64,000 nucleotides of DNA from a virus: positions 32,001-96,000 of the IMG/VR virus record IMGVR_UViG_3300035698_010625. One strand, 5' to 3'. How positions within the stretch are numbered: the stretch's first letter is position 1; every line of letters starts with the position of its first letter. The translations under genes were made by a program, and so were the position numbers. A model generated the notes under the pieces. The model was given only the letters and a program-made list of their open reading frames with translations. It had not been told where the DNA came from and ran no database searches. Of the stretch, positions 9,953 through 19,315 are shown piece by piece.

Positions 9953-10321
9953 ATGAAATTATGGGATCACGTAAACGCAATTAATAGCGGTAAAGGTACT
10001 CTTGCCGATGATCTGTCAGAATACAAACCCTTTCTCATTAACCGTCAGTTATCGTATTTCAAAGATACAGTCTTCATAGCAGCAGAAATGAATTCTCATG
10101 CAAATCTCGATAAAGATATGCAACATGCTTTTCTTATAAATATTGTGAGGCCGAGGAAACGTTTTTCTAAATGGGCGAAAGCTCCGAAGGACGCTGATTT
10201 TTCTGCTGTTATGGAGTACTTTGGTTATGGACCCGTGAAAGCCAAGGAAGCTCTTAAAATCCTTACCGATGATGATCTACGCGATCTGAAAAAAGAATTA
10301 GAAAAAGGCGGTAAACAATGA
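9953..10321 (+). CDS. clamp loader small subunit (gp62)
   Basis: YKPFLINRQLS, EMN, RKRFSKW, KGG. Confidence 0.92.
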   Translation: MKLWDHVNAINSGKGTLADDLSEYKPFLINRQLSYFKDTVFIAAEMNSHANLDKDMQHAFLINIVRPRKRFSKWAKAPKDADFSAVMEYFGYGPVKAKEALKILTDDDLRDLKKELEKGGKQ

Positions 10322-10719
10322 ACTTTGATATTAACGATTTAGTGGAGGTGTCTTTAAAAACTGACGATGATTTTCTGAAGATTAAAGAGACACTAACTAG
10401 AATTGGAATTGCTTCTAAGAAAGATAATGTACTATACCAATCGTGCCACATCCTACACAAACGTGGACGATACTTTATCATTCATTTTAAGGAATTATTT
10501 GCTTTAGACGGTAAGCCATTTAACATGACAGAGGATGACATTGGAAGGCGTAATACCATCTCTAGCCTTATCGCAGAGTGGGGTTTAGCTGCAATTGTAA
10601 ATCCGGAATCTATGGAGCAACCACGCGCTCCTATGGCGAAAATCAAAATCCTACCTTGGAAAGAAAAGGACGACTGGGACCTAGTAGCCAAGTACGATAT
10701 CGGTAAAAAGCGTACATAA
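10318..10719 (+). CDS. regA: translational repressor RegA
   Basis: DDFLKIKETLTRIGIAS, LYQSCHILHKRGRYFIIHFKELF. Confidence 0.96.
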   Translation: MNFDINDLVEVSLKTDDDFLKIKETLTRIGIASKKDNVLYQSCHILHKRGRYFIIHFKELFALDGKPFNMTEDDIGRRNTISSLIAEWGLAAIVNPESMEQPRAPMAKIKILPWKEKDDWDLVAKYDIGKKRT

Positions 10720-10723
10720 GAAA

Positions 10724-10740
10724 GGGGCCATGTCGGCCCC
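10724..10740. terminator. GC hairpin between convergent transcription units
   Basis: GGGGCC-ATGTC-GGCCCC just after the regA stop. Confidence 0.5.
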
Positions 10741-10772
10741 CGATCCCTCCATAAACGGTCAATCATGGCCGC

Positions 10773-11078
10773 TTAATTATTGATTTCCACCTGCACTTTA
10801 GTAGTTACCACCACAGGTTCTACTTTAAATGCACGATATTTTGGTGGCCCTCCTGAGCGTTTTTCCATTTCAGAAATCGCTAGAACAAAATCTTCTTTAT
10901 CTGTGTATGCAACATAATCTAGATTAGGCTCATTGCTAGCAGGATAACCATGCCCTAGATTACTCCTCGAGCGCTCATCACCGGGAACATATCTAGTAGT
11001 GAAGTGCATGATTCCCCAATGTGGACCTTTAGGACAATCCCTTTCTCGGCGAACATAAAACGTATTACTATTTTTCAT
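10773..11078 (-). CDS. hypothetical protein
   Basis: ORF coupled to upstream minus-strand gene. Confidence 0.55.
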   Translation of the reverse strand: MKNSNTFYVRRERDCPKGPHWGIMHFTTRYVPGDERSRSNLGHGYPASNEPNLDYVAYTDKEDFVLAISEMEKRSGGPPKYRAFKVEPVVVTTKVQVEINN

Positions 11079-11461
11079 GATGCTAATTTTCCATTGTAAA
11101 CGTGTTTCCAAATATCGTCTTCATTAAATGAGCTTCTAAATCCAGCGCGTACTAAATCAAAACTCTCCATATGATGATCATGTGCTAACACAGCAACTGC
11201 CGTGTGCATACCTTCCATACTATCTTCATCTTCATAAAAATCAGCGTATTGTTCTCCACTGTTAAATAGAAGATTTGTTAGATAAATCATTCGGGCACTA
11301 TTACCACCTTCCAAAATAATGAGGGTTTTGTGATCTTCACACCACTGATTTACATATTCATTATTTTGATGAACCAATTCTGCTACTGCATGAGCGCTCT
11401 GGATGCCTTTCTGCAAAGGACTCAACCACGTATGGGCAAACACATATACTCTCATTACCAT
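11075..11461 (-). CDS. peptidyl-tRNA hydrolase II-like phage protein
   Basis: LSPLQKGIQSAHA...W...KTLIIL...FYEDE...TAVAV resembles the PTH2 fold pattern. Confidence 0.55.
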   Translation of the reverse strand: MVMRVYVFAHTWLSPLQKGIQSAHAVAELVHQNNEYVNQWCEDHKTLIILEGGNSARMIYLTNLLFNSGEQYADFYEDEDSMEGMHTAVAVLAHDHHMESFDLVRAGFRSSFNEDDIWKHVYNGKLAS

Positions 11462-11862
11462 TCTCCCCCAAATTCATTATTTGGATCAGTATCAATTCTG
11501 ATATCACCAAAGTAAATAGTACTCTCATCCATTCCAACTTCAAATGGCTCTTTAAAAGTAATTACAGCACCAGATCCTCTTTCGACGAGTTTAGCAAGAT
11601 CAACACCATTAATGTCCCCAACAGTGAAATCGTCGAAGTGGATGCAACCGATAGTACCGGAATCCACAGAGTACTTCCGGCCGAAATCATCTTCGAAACG
11701 TCCATCCCCATAAGTTGTATTGAAAGCAGCCATGTGCGCATTGTTTCTCTCCTTTACTTTAAAGTCATTATTTTCAATTACATATTCACACATATAATCC
11801 CAATCATTATCATCAATCACGTAGCAAAGATCACCTACGTAATATCGTCCAGGTTTCATCAT
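11455..11862 (-). CDS. conserved phage hypothetical protein
   Basis: YYVGDLCY, TTYGDG, VDSGTIG motifs. Confidence 0.7.
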   Translation of the reverse strand: MMKPGRYYVGDLCYVIDDNDWDYMCEYVIENNDFKVKERNNAHMAAFNTTYGDGRFEDDFGRKYSVDSGTIGCIHFDDFTVGDINGVDLAKLVERGSGAVITFKEPFEVGMDESTIYFGDIRIDTDPNNEFGGEW

Positions 11863-12185
11863 TATTCAAATTCTCTCTTAAGTTCTTCAAATTCCCGTAG
11901 TCGCGCTGCTTTAGCAACAACCTCCCGCTCAGTAATTCGGTCATGTTTACGATTAGAAACCCTTACAATAACATCTGTCATAGCTTCACTGGATTGTTCA
12001 ATAATTTCAAATGTTATTAGTTTACAATCTTTATAAACATTCTCCGCAGCATATGTACCCATCATTACAATATGATTAGATATATGTCCCAATGCAGCCC
12101 AAGTTTTTCCTCTTGGATTGAATTTAGGGTGACTTGTTCCAGTAGAAAAGTTACCATTCTTATCGCGTATTTTAAAGACTAACAT
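11862..12185 (-). CDS. hypothetical protein
   Basis: coupled ORF in minus-strand block. Confidence 0.6.
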   Translation of the reverse strand: MLVFKIRDKNGNFSTGTSHPKFNPRGKTWAALGHISNHIVMMGTYAAENVYKDCKLITFEIIEQSSEAMTDVIVRVSNRKHDRITEREVVAKAARLREFEELKREFE

Positions 12186-12741
12186 CTTTGATTGTTATCT
12201 CCCCTTTCCATGGCTGAATGAAATCTACCCAAGACTCGTGATCCAAAGTAATAGGATATTTTCTACGCAGTGAAACTAGCTTTGAATAGGACGGTGTATA
12301 TGGTTTGTGCCGTGGCTTTTTGTTTTTCGCATCTGTGTCACCATAATTATGATTACAAGGACCACACGACGCGAGATAATTGTTCCAACCATCTCGCCCT
12401 CCTTTTGCTTTCGGAATGTAATGATCATAAGTAAGTGTATCAATTGAAAGCGGACAACTGCAGTATACACACTTGTAGTTGTCTCTCAGAAGGATATATT
12501 GCTTATTGTAAGGAACTGTCTCAGGTCTCTTAAAGTATTTAGTTCGCGCCATCACTGACGGTACAGGGATATGGTGTTTCCCACCTGCAGTACTAAAGAC
12601 ACGATCATATGTCGCAACAGTAAAGCACGTCCCATTAAGTACGCGTACAATAGCTTGTTCTACCTGATTAGCACGCATAGTCAGTGCATTCACTGGCATC
12701 ATGTCAGCATTTAATACAAGTGTCTTTAGTCCAATACTCAT
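12172..12741 (-). CDS. HNH endonuclease
   Basis: RDNYKCVYC...TYDHYIPKAKGG..GWNNYLASCGPCN. Confidence 0.9.
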   Translation of the reverse strand: MSIGLKTLVLNADMMPVNALTMRANQVEQAIVRVLNGTCFTVATYDRVFSTAGGKHHIPVPSVMARTKYFKRPETVPYNKQYILLRDNYKCVYCSCPLSIDTLTYDHYIPKAKGGRDGWNNYLASCGPCNHNYGDTDAKNKKPRHKPYTPSYSKLVSLRRKYPITLDHESWVDFIQPWKGEITIKDVSL

Positions 12742-12875
12742 TTACTTTCTTCTCTTAACTTGAAACGTAATTCTCCAGTAAAGTTTAACTTTACACCAAA
12801 ACTCTTGGGGAATGCCAGCAGCGCAAAATAGCATCACTAGCATCGCTGCTACAGATATATATGCTACCCACTCCA

Positions 12876-13259
12876 TTAGAGAGCTTCCCAAGCTGCATTA
12901 CCAGTACAACGTGGCTTTCCATCTGAACCTAGTAGAGGTGTTAGAAAATCACTAACGCGAATGTACGTACACCCAGTTTCTAGATCTTTGTACAATCTGA
13001 AATTATCTGCTGGTTTATCTACTCGTGGAAATCTATCAACGCTACTAGTAGTTTTTGTTGTTTCTCCTCTTGCTTCTGCCATCGCTTCTTGTTTTCCTTC
13101 AACAATTGCTATTACAGAGAGCATAAGGAACACAATCAGAGAACAGAAAGAGAGAGTCCAAGCTTCATCTCCAATCTTGCTTCGCACAAAATAAGAATGC
13201 ATTATATAGCATACTGTACAAAGAAAAATAAGTGCTGATAGAAATATAAAAAAGTCCAT
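12876..13259 (-). CDS. membrane protein with C-terminal DUF6440-like domain
   Basis: two hydrophobic segments; DLETGCTY...LTPLLGSDGKP. Confidence 0.55.
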   Translation of the reverse strand: MDFFIFLSALIFLCTVCYIMHSYFVRSKIGDEAWTLSFCSLIVFLMLSVIAIVEGKQEAMAEARGETTKTTSSVDRFPRVDKPADNFRLYKDLETGCTYIRVSDFLTPLLGSDGKPRCTGNAAWEAL

Positions 13260-13261
13260 AA

Positions 13262-14020
13262 TTAAATCTCCAGTAGAAGTTCGGGATTATGGTCAGTTTC
13301 TTCTGCCCATGTTGATGTTACATATCCAAAAGCATTACAAACGACGCGCGTATCACCAATGGTATAGTTACTAGGAGAATGAATGTGCCCGTGGAACCAA
13401 TACTTCGCTCGGGAAATTCGGACTACTTCATCAAGATTAGATGCAAAGTAACAATTTGATGTTTCTCCTGCATACTTAGCACCAATTGATCGTTCACTTG
13501 GAGCATGATGTGTAACAATCACTCGAGGAAGGTCTGTCTCCTTTTCCATCTCAGACAGTAACCAAGCAAGGTCCCGTTTGTGACGGTCAAGAATCTCCCA
13601 CCCTGTAGTTTTACTATGTTTTGCATCATTAAGAACTCGGTGATACATTTTCTCCATGAATATACCGTCACCGTAAAGATTAAAGTCAGTCCATAGCGTG
13701 CAGCCAATGAACTGAACTCCTTCAACAGTAACTACATCACGATTCAAAAAGTAAACGTCATCATAAAACTCAGCTGCTTCTTTCATTGCAAAGTAGTTAG
13801 GTGCTAACCCCGCTTTGTTGTAATGTTCATGGTTCCCAGCAACCAAGATAACTGGCACCCCTCCAGATCGTGCTCCAATTTGCGCTCCAACATCTACCAT
13901 CGTTGGGTTATCAAAGAGATCCCCTGCAATGACAATGATGTCAGTACCTTCTGGTGCTTTATACTCAGCACCAGGTGTAAATTCATGGTGAAGGTCACTC
14001 ACTAAATGTATATTTGTCAT
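13262..14020 (-). CDS. calcineurin-like metallophosphoesterase
   Basis: SDLH, AGD, GNHE, THHAP, HGHIH. Confidence 0.92.
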   Translation of the reverse strand: MTNIHLVSDLHHEFTPGAEYKAPEGTDIIVIAGDLFDNPTMVDVGAQIGARSGGVPVILVAGNHEHYNKAGLAPNYFAMKEAAEFYDDVYFLNRDVVTVEGVQFIGCTLWTDFNLYGDGIFMEKMYHRVLNDAKHSKTTGWEILDRHKRDLAWLLSEMEKETDLPRVIVTHHAPSERSIGAKYAGETSNCYFASNLDEVVRISRAKYWFHGHIHSPSNYTIGDTRVVCNAFGYVTSTWAEETDHNPELLLEI

Positions 14021-14604
14021 AAGTTAAGGTCTCGTTAATCCAAGGATCGAATCAACATAGAGCTTCCATGCTGGTTCGTTTAAAGGTTCTGGCTGTCGCA
14101 CTCCCATTTTTCGAAGCGCATCGGGATTGCGTACTTCCATGAATTCATGTCTTATAAACCCATCTGCGTTTTTGAAATAAGAGTAAATAAAACCGCGATA
14201 TGAATATGTAAGAACGTGAATTTTCATGAAATATCAAATCTCCTTTGGATTGCAGTATCCATAATATATATTGCGGTTATGTTATCAGCATCCAAAGATA
14301 TCGCACCTAGCGCTGCTTCAAGAAATAGTTTTTCACTCCCAACAATGCGGTGTTCGCCACCTTCAACCACAATATTAATCGTATACTGTTTATGCATCAG
14401 TCAGGCGTCCAGATCCAGCCGCCGCGTTTCTCCGGTTCGATGCTCCCATGTATTGCTTCAAGGTCAGCGATTTTTCTGCCCAGTCTTCAGCATTTTCCAA
14501 CGTACCACATATAAAAGCATGGTGTTGGATAGAAGTAAATCCAACGTGCCCACAAGGTGAAATTTTCAAATATTTCATACTTTCAATTTCGTAAATGATA
14601 AACA

Positions 14605-14982
14605 TCAAACCAAATCTCCATGTTTTTCAATGAGATAAGCAAGTCGCTCACGTAAAGCTTTTATTTCTTCAAGTGCTTCATATCGAGCTCGCGTTCTTTT
14701 ATTCGTTGCGATCGCTTGAACAACCTTGGGATAATCACGAATCATTAAACTACGTTTGGGTACGAATGCATCACCAACCCACATTACAACAAATCCACCA
14801 TCCAATTCAAGAGCGAGTGAATGATAGTTGTTGCGAATGATAATGTCAGCAACCCGTCCAGCATCGAGAATTGAGTTATAACGCTCGGCTTCCCACATTG
14901 AACCCGTAAGTGACATTGTTTTGTCATCGTCTAATTTGAAATAACGCAAGCTAGTAGCTTCTTTGATAACGTAATAAGCCAT
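14605..14982 (-). CDS. hypothetical protein
   Basis: ORF with GGAG RBS before MAYYV. Confidence 0.55.
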   Translation of the reverse strand: MAYYVIKEATSLRYFKLDDDKTMSLTGSMWEAERYNSILDAGRVADIIIRNNYHSLALELDGGFVVMWVGDAFVPKRSLMIRDYPKVVQAIATNKRTRARYEALEEIKALRERLAYLIEKHGDLV

Positions 14983-15031
14983 AAAAATTCTCCAATGCTG
15001 GGTGAGACAGCGCCCCACCCAGTAAGGTTAA

Positions 15032-15280
15032 TTAGAAGAGAGGGCATTCCAGTGCAACCGCCCGGACAACGCCTTGCCAGCTGTGTTTGGAGACGAGTGC
15101 AGAGACTGCTTCATCTGCTGCTTTGTCATCCCCGTAAAGCCAGAGTCGATTAGCGTCAAGACAAGCTTCGACCGCTTCATGATTATCGCTGATACCCTCC
15201 ATGCAGTCGGGGCCGATGCAGTTCCAAGTAGTGTACACTGCAGTTTTGATAGCGTCAGAGATTTCAATGTCCATGTTCAC
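15032..15280 (-). CDS. hypothetical early protein
   Basis: ORF in minus-strand early block. Confidence 0.55.
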   Translation of the reverse strand: MNMDIEISDAIKTAVYTTWNCIGPDCMEGISDNHEAVEACLDANRLWLYGDDKAADEAVSALVSKHSWQGVVRAVALECPLF

Positions 15281-15474
15281 CAGCCCAGTTGTTTTTCGAG
15301 AAGTTCAATCCGCGCAGCAGCTACGGTGGCGCGTTCATTGAGGTCGAACGCTTTCTTTTCATCGCCAGCAGTGATAGCGTCATCACGGTCCAAGATGAGA
15401 ATGTCGTACCCAGCGTTTTCACTGAGAAGTTGGAGGCCGTTGCGGACGTCGCGCATCAATTGAGTGTCTGGCAT
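15277..15474 (-). CDS. hypothetical early protein
   Basis: MPDTQLMR start after AAGG RBS. Confidence 0.5.
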   Translation of the reverse strand: MPDTQLMRDVRNGLQLLSENAGYDILILDRDDAITAGDEKKAFDLNERATVAAARIELLEKQLGW

Positions 15475-15478
15475 GTTA

Positions 15479-15679
15479 TTAAACCTTCTTGGATTTGTAG
15501 ATGAAAGGCAGTTCGCGTTTTGGGGTGATGCGACAGTTGTGCACTTTCCATTTTCCAGAGCGACAAGCTTCGATGCGGCGTTTGCGCGAGATTTTCTTCG
15601 CTGGGAGGATTTCAATGACTCCGCCTGCAGCGTAGAAGTGAGCCATTTCGCGTTCAGTAGCGTTCATAAGAGTAACCAA
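15479..15679 (-). CDS. hypothetical early protein
   Basis: first ORF below the leftward promoter. Confidence 0.45.
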   Translation of the reverse strand: MVTLMNATEREMAHFYAAGGVIEILPAKKISRKRRIEACRSGKWKVHNCRITPKRELPFIYKSKKV

Positions 15680-15812
15680 GTCAGAGGGAGAGAGCGCCCC
15701 GAGTGTAATTTTTCTCGGCCCAAGCTTTCATTTTAGTGACCACTTGGTCCTGGCGCCGTGTCATCGTGTAAGGCGCAGATGGCATGTGGTTGGCCGTTTT
15801 TGCTGTTGGAGT

Positions 15813-15852
15813 TGATAAGTCCATTCTATATGGTTGAGCCAAATGTTACACA
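15813..15852 (-). promoter_or_regulatory. leftward early promoter
   Basis: minus strand reads ...ATATAGAATGGACTTATCAAC, resembling the rightward promoter GTATATAATGGTCCTTGTCAAC. Confidence 0.5.
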
Positions 15853-15866
15853 TATAAAACCTTAAT

Positions 15867-16289
15867 AAAATCAGCCACTTACGGGCCGGTTGCGCTAAGT
15901 GATTGATTCTATTAGGAAATCATTTGAACTTGTCGTTCGTTCACGCCTATATAAAGGACTAAAAAATATAGTGTAGAATCAGGCACTTAGAGCACATCAC
16001 TCTAGAGGAAATATAGTGTAAAGACAGGCACTTAGAGACCAAAAGGGCACTAGAGTTAGGTAACCAAGGTTGACACCTTAATGACCGTCTCAGAAATGAC
16101 ACTAGAGTGAATCCACGAAAAACGTAACGAAATCAGGCACTTAGAGCCGAATTTCGTGGTTATTTTCTTACCACAAATGGTCATTTTATGTGCAATTGTA
16201 TCAAAATCAATCACTTACGTCACACTCTGGCTTTTTAGTGTAGAATCAATCACTTAGATCATCAGGCTGCTAAGTGCCTGATTTCGTTA
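15867..16289. repeat. array of eight AATCA(G/A)(G/C/T)CACTTA(G/C) motifs, direct and inverted
   Basis: copies at 15869, 15895 (rc), 15977, 16022 (variant), 16131, 16205, 16244, 16270 (rc); 16125-16144 and 16270-16289 form a perfect 20-bp inverted repeat. Confidence 0.9.
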
Positions 16290-16299
16290 ACAATTTAGG

Positions 16300-16342
16300 T
16301 ATGTTTTTTATTACCACACTGTATATAATGGTCCTTGTCAAC
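16300..16342 (+). promoter_or_regulatory. rightward early promoter
   Basis: TGTATATAAT -10 element upstream of the GGAG RBS of the ATPase gene. Confidence 0.55.
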
Positions 16343-16402
16343 ACAACAACCTAAACCACGCACTGCACTGACACGCACTGCACTCGACACTAGGAGATAC
16401 GA

Positions 16403-17374
16403 ATGGCACGCCGCTTTCGTATGACTGCAAAACGAAAAGCCCGCCTCGATTTTTTGGGCCTTTCGCTTGATGACCTCGACACTGACGTTCAAGGGATTCG
16501 CGTAACACGCGACGCCATCGACGCCATGGAAGAACTGATGGACGCCGCTGAGTCTGACATGCATCGCCAGCGCTTTTCAGCTGCGACGCTCGCTGAAGAC
16601 ACGCAGGAAACTGACGACGAAATCTTGGAGCGCTTGAACGACCGCTTCGAAATTTTGCAGGAACTGACTTCACTGGCCATCAAGGGTACCGCCAAGGGAC
16701 TCATCGTCTCTGGCCCACCCGGCCTTGGAAAATCGCACACCATCATGGAGATGGTTGCTGCTCTCGAACTCGAAGGCAAAGCTGAAGTCATCTCTGGGAA
16801 AGTCAAGACCACCGGCTTGTACAAAGTTCTGCACCGCCACCGCAAGCCCGGCCACGTGGTTGTCTTTGACGACTGCGACTCCATCTTCAGCGATGAAGAT
16901 TCGCTCAACATGCTGAAGAAGGTTTGCGACTCCACCAAGACGCGCCGCTTGTCATATCTTTCTGAATACCAGATTGTCGACGAGACCACACTCGAAGTCT
17001 GCCCTAACACTTTCGACTTCGAAGGCGCCGTGATTTTCATCACCAACTACAACTTCGATGATATGATCGAACGCGCCCATCGCCTTTCGCCACATCTCGA
17101 AGCCATGGTTTCACGCTCGCACTACATCGACTTGGCGATGCGCACCAAGCGCGACTACATGCTCCGCATCAAGCATGTAGTCGCGCATGGGATGCTACGC
17201 GACAACGGCCTCAACGCTGAACAAGAAGCAGATGTCATGGATTTCATCGCTGAAAACACCGACAATCTCCGTGAGCTTTCACTCCGCATCGCCCTCAAAA
17301 TTGGCGCCCTGCGGCTGACAAATGGAAATTGGCAGAAAACGGCCCGGGTCACCTGCTGCAGAAACCTAGCATAA
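16403..17374 (+). CDS. AAA+ family ATPase
   Basis: GPPGLGKS Walker A, VVVFDDCD Walker B, FITN, SRS. Confidence 0.85.
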   Translation: MARRFRMTAKRKARLDFLGLSLDDLDTDVQGIRVTRDAIDAMEELMDAAESDMHRQRFSAATLAEDTQETDDEILERLNDRFEILQELTSLAIKGTAKGLIVSGPPGLGKSHTIMEMVAALELEGKAEVISGKVKTTGLYKVLHRHRKPGHVVVFDDCDSIFSDEDSLNMLKKVCDSTKTRRLSYLSEYQIVDETTLEVCPNTFDFEGAVIFITNYNFDDMIERAHRLSPHLEAMVSRSHYIDLAMRTKRDYMLRIKHVVAHGMLRDNGLNAEQEADVMDFIAENTDNLRELSLRIALKIGALRLTNGNWQKTARVTCCRNLA

Positions 17375-17757
17375 TCACTGAGGGCGTGGTTGCACCGGGT
17401 CACTCTGGTCCGGTTGCACCACACTCTACAAAGGCTGAACTACAATGCACCCAACACTGACTGAAAATCTCAACCGCGGTTGCACCATCGCTTTTCGCAT
17501 TGCAATCGCCATCACTCTCATCAAAATTATGGGAGTCGAGTGGAGTATCGATAGCGCCTTGGTTACTTTCGCCGCCGTCTTCGCTTCAGGGTTAAATGTC
17601 ACTTGGATAGAAGAGGTGTAACCCATGGAATGGTTTGGATTTTGGATTTTTCTCACTGCACTCGTTTCAGCTGAATATATAGATAGAATGTACAGCAATT
17701 ATTGTAAGAAGCGAATTGCTGAAGTTAAACTTTTACTCACAACAAAGGCACAAGATA

Positions 17758-17922
17758 ATGAATGAACAGACCAAGCGTAAGACCGGTAAGCGTCGTTCTG
17801 CACTACGCAAAGCGGTTGCTGATCCCAACGGTATGTTCACTACGCGTAAGCATGCTGACCGCTCCAAATATGAGCGTAAAGCACGCTACAAAAATGATGG
17901 CTACCACAACGACGAGAGTTAA
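17758..17922 (+). CDS. small basic hypothetical protein
   Basis: MNEQTKRK...KYERK ORF. Confidence 0.45.
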   Translation: MNEQTKRKTGKRRSALRKAVADPNGMFTTRKHADRSKYERKARYKNDGYHNDES

Positions 17923-18142
17923 ACAATGGACATCACAGTATACCGTTGGTGCGCTTCGAATGAAAGTGGCTGGTCGACTACTATTTACGGGTCAACACAA
18001 AAACGGTATACTGTGAGATGGGAGAACACCCCACCCCTGCCCTCGATGTAATGAAGCTCTCAAACCCGTAGCAGTTTCCGTTTAACTTTAAGTGAGGTTG
18101 CACAGATGCCTTCAACAGATACATACATGAAAAAAACTCCGC

Positions 18143-18472
18143 GTGTCCGTTAATGACATGCTTGTAGTTATCCCAGAAAATATCAACAGTATGAAGTTTG
18201 ATGTTGATATAAATGGCAATCAATTGTCACTGAGCGCTAGTGACATTATTGAAGCAGTAGTTGAATCGGCAGTTAATCTCCGTGCAGGTGCTGAACTTGG
18301 TGGTGACAATACAGATGGTGGGTGTCGCAAAGCTATCACTGCGCTGAACTTGTGGTTGATTGGACTCATGGGAGAAATGCCAATGCAATTTTCAGCAAAT
18401 GTTTATGCAATGCGCCACCATCATCCTGAGTATAAAGAGTATTTGAGATTGAAGAAACTTTTTGAGAAATAA
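18143..18472 (+). CDS. hypothetical protein
   Basis: ORF ending EYKEYLRLKKLFEK. Confidence 0.55.
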   Translation: MSVNDMLVVIPENINSMKFDVDINGNQLSLSASDIIEAVVESAVNLRAGAELGGDNTDGGCRKAITALNLWLIGLMGEMPMQFSANVYAMRHHHPEYKEYLRLKKLFEK

Positions 18473-18570
18473 TCTCTAAAACATCTCCGGTGTGTATATA
18501 TAATAGTACAAAAGGAACGGTACATCTGTTCCTATTAACCTTTGCTTTAAAAGTTAATCATGTGTTATCC

Positions 18571-18591
18571 ACCTTGCATCTAAGGTATAAT
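18571..18591 (+). promoter_or_regulatory. promoter with ACCTT-N6-AAGGT palindrome at the start of the RNA island
   Basis: ACCTTGCATCTAAGGT followed by ATAAT (TATAAT at 18586). Confidence 0.6.
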
Positions 18592-18599
18592 TGATACAT

Positions 18600-18857
18600 C
18601 GATTGGAACAAAATGGCTTGCGCCATTACACTGATTAACTTTTACTTTAAGTGTTAACTGTATGTTTTCTGATCGGTAGCTGATATACAATAGCTACTTG
18701 ATTGGAGGAAAGGAAACGGTAATTACTGCTTCTGATTACTTCAATATCGAATTTAAGTGTAATGCGAAACGAGCTCGCCGGGACACTCTAAAATCCTAAA
18801 AGGGGCGGAACCGAGGATGGCGTATTTTTACAATACTCAAAAATCCGGATTTCAACA
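18600..18857 (+). ncRNA. candidate structured non-coding RNA
   Basis: no ORF; nested pairings GCGCCAT/ATGGCGT and CATTACACT/AGTGTAATG; long hairpin TCTGATCGGTAGCT/AGCTACTTGATTGGA. Confidence 0.5.
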
Positions 18858-18876
18858 ATAATAAGTTTTCATTGGT

Positions 18877-18951
18877 GTGGCCGTGGCCGAATGGTTTAGG
18901 TGCCTGACTGTGAATCAGATTATATGGGTTCAATTCCCATCGGTCACCCCA
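18877..18951 (+). tRNA. tRNA-His(GTG)
   Basis: cloverleaf, CT-GTG-AA loop, C73 plus CCA. Confidence 0.92.
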
Positions 18952-18966
18952 ATGAAAATTTACAAT

Positions 18967-19043
18967 GCCCTTCTAGCTAAACTGGACAAGGCCCTCGGCT
19001 ACGAACTGAGAGATTGAAGGTTCGAATCCTTCGGAGGGTACCA
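18967..19043 (+). tRNA. tRNA-Arg(ACG)
   Basis: cloverleaf, CT-ACG-AA, CCA. Confidence 0.92.
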
Positions 19044-19223
19044 TATTAAGGAGTTTGTTATGAGTAAATGGGATTACCCCAAGACTAAGAAGAATTCTGA
19101 TGGAGCAAAACTGACTGCTGCTGAATTACGCGCACAAAGAAAAGCTCATCGGAAAGCAATTAAAGCTACTGCTCATACTGAACTCAAGACGAAGAAAAAT
19201 AAAGATCAAATTAAGTAACAATT

Positions 19224-19300
19224 GGGTGCTTCGTATAACGGCACATTATGTCGGACTCTTAATCCGAACGATCTGGGTTCGAATCCCAGGGTACCCACCA
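19224..19300 (+). tRNA. tRNA-Lys(CTT)
   Basis: TCGGA-CT-CTT-AA-TCCGA, CCA. Confidence 0.92.
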
Positions 19301-19315
19301 AACAAAGGTATTATT

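Noticed and set aside
15867-16289. CRISPR array
   Set aside because: Repeats are only ~14-29 bp, irregularly spaced and in both orientations; no cas genes in the window
16338-17424. long minus-strand ORFs opposite the ATPase
   Set aside because: Shadow ORFs expected from GC-rich codon usage
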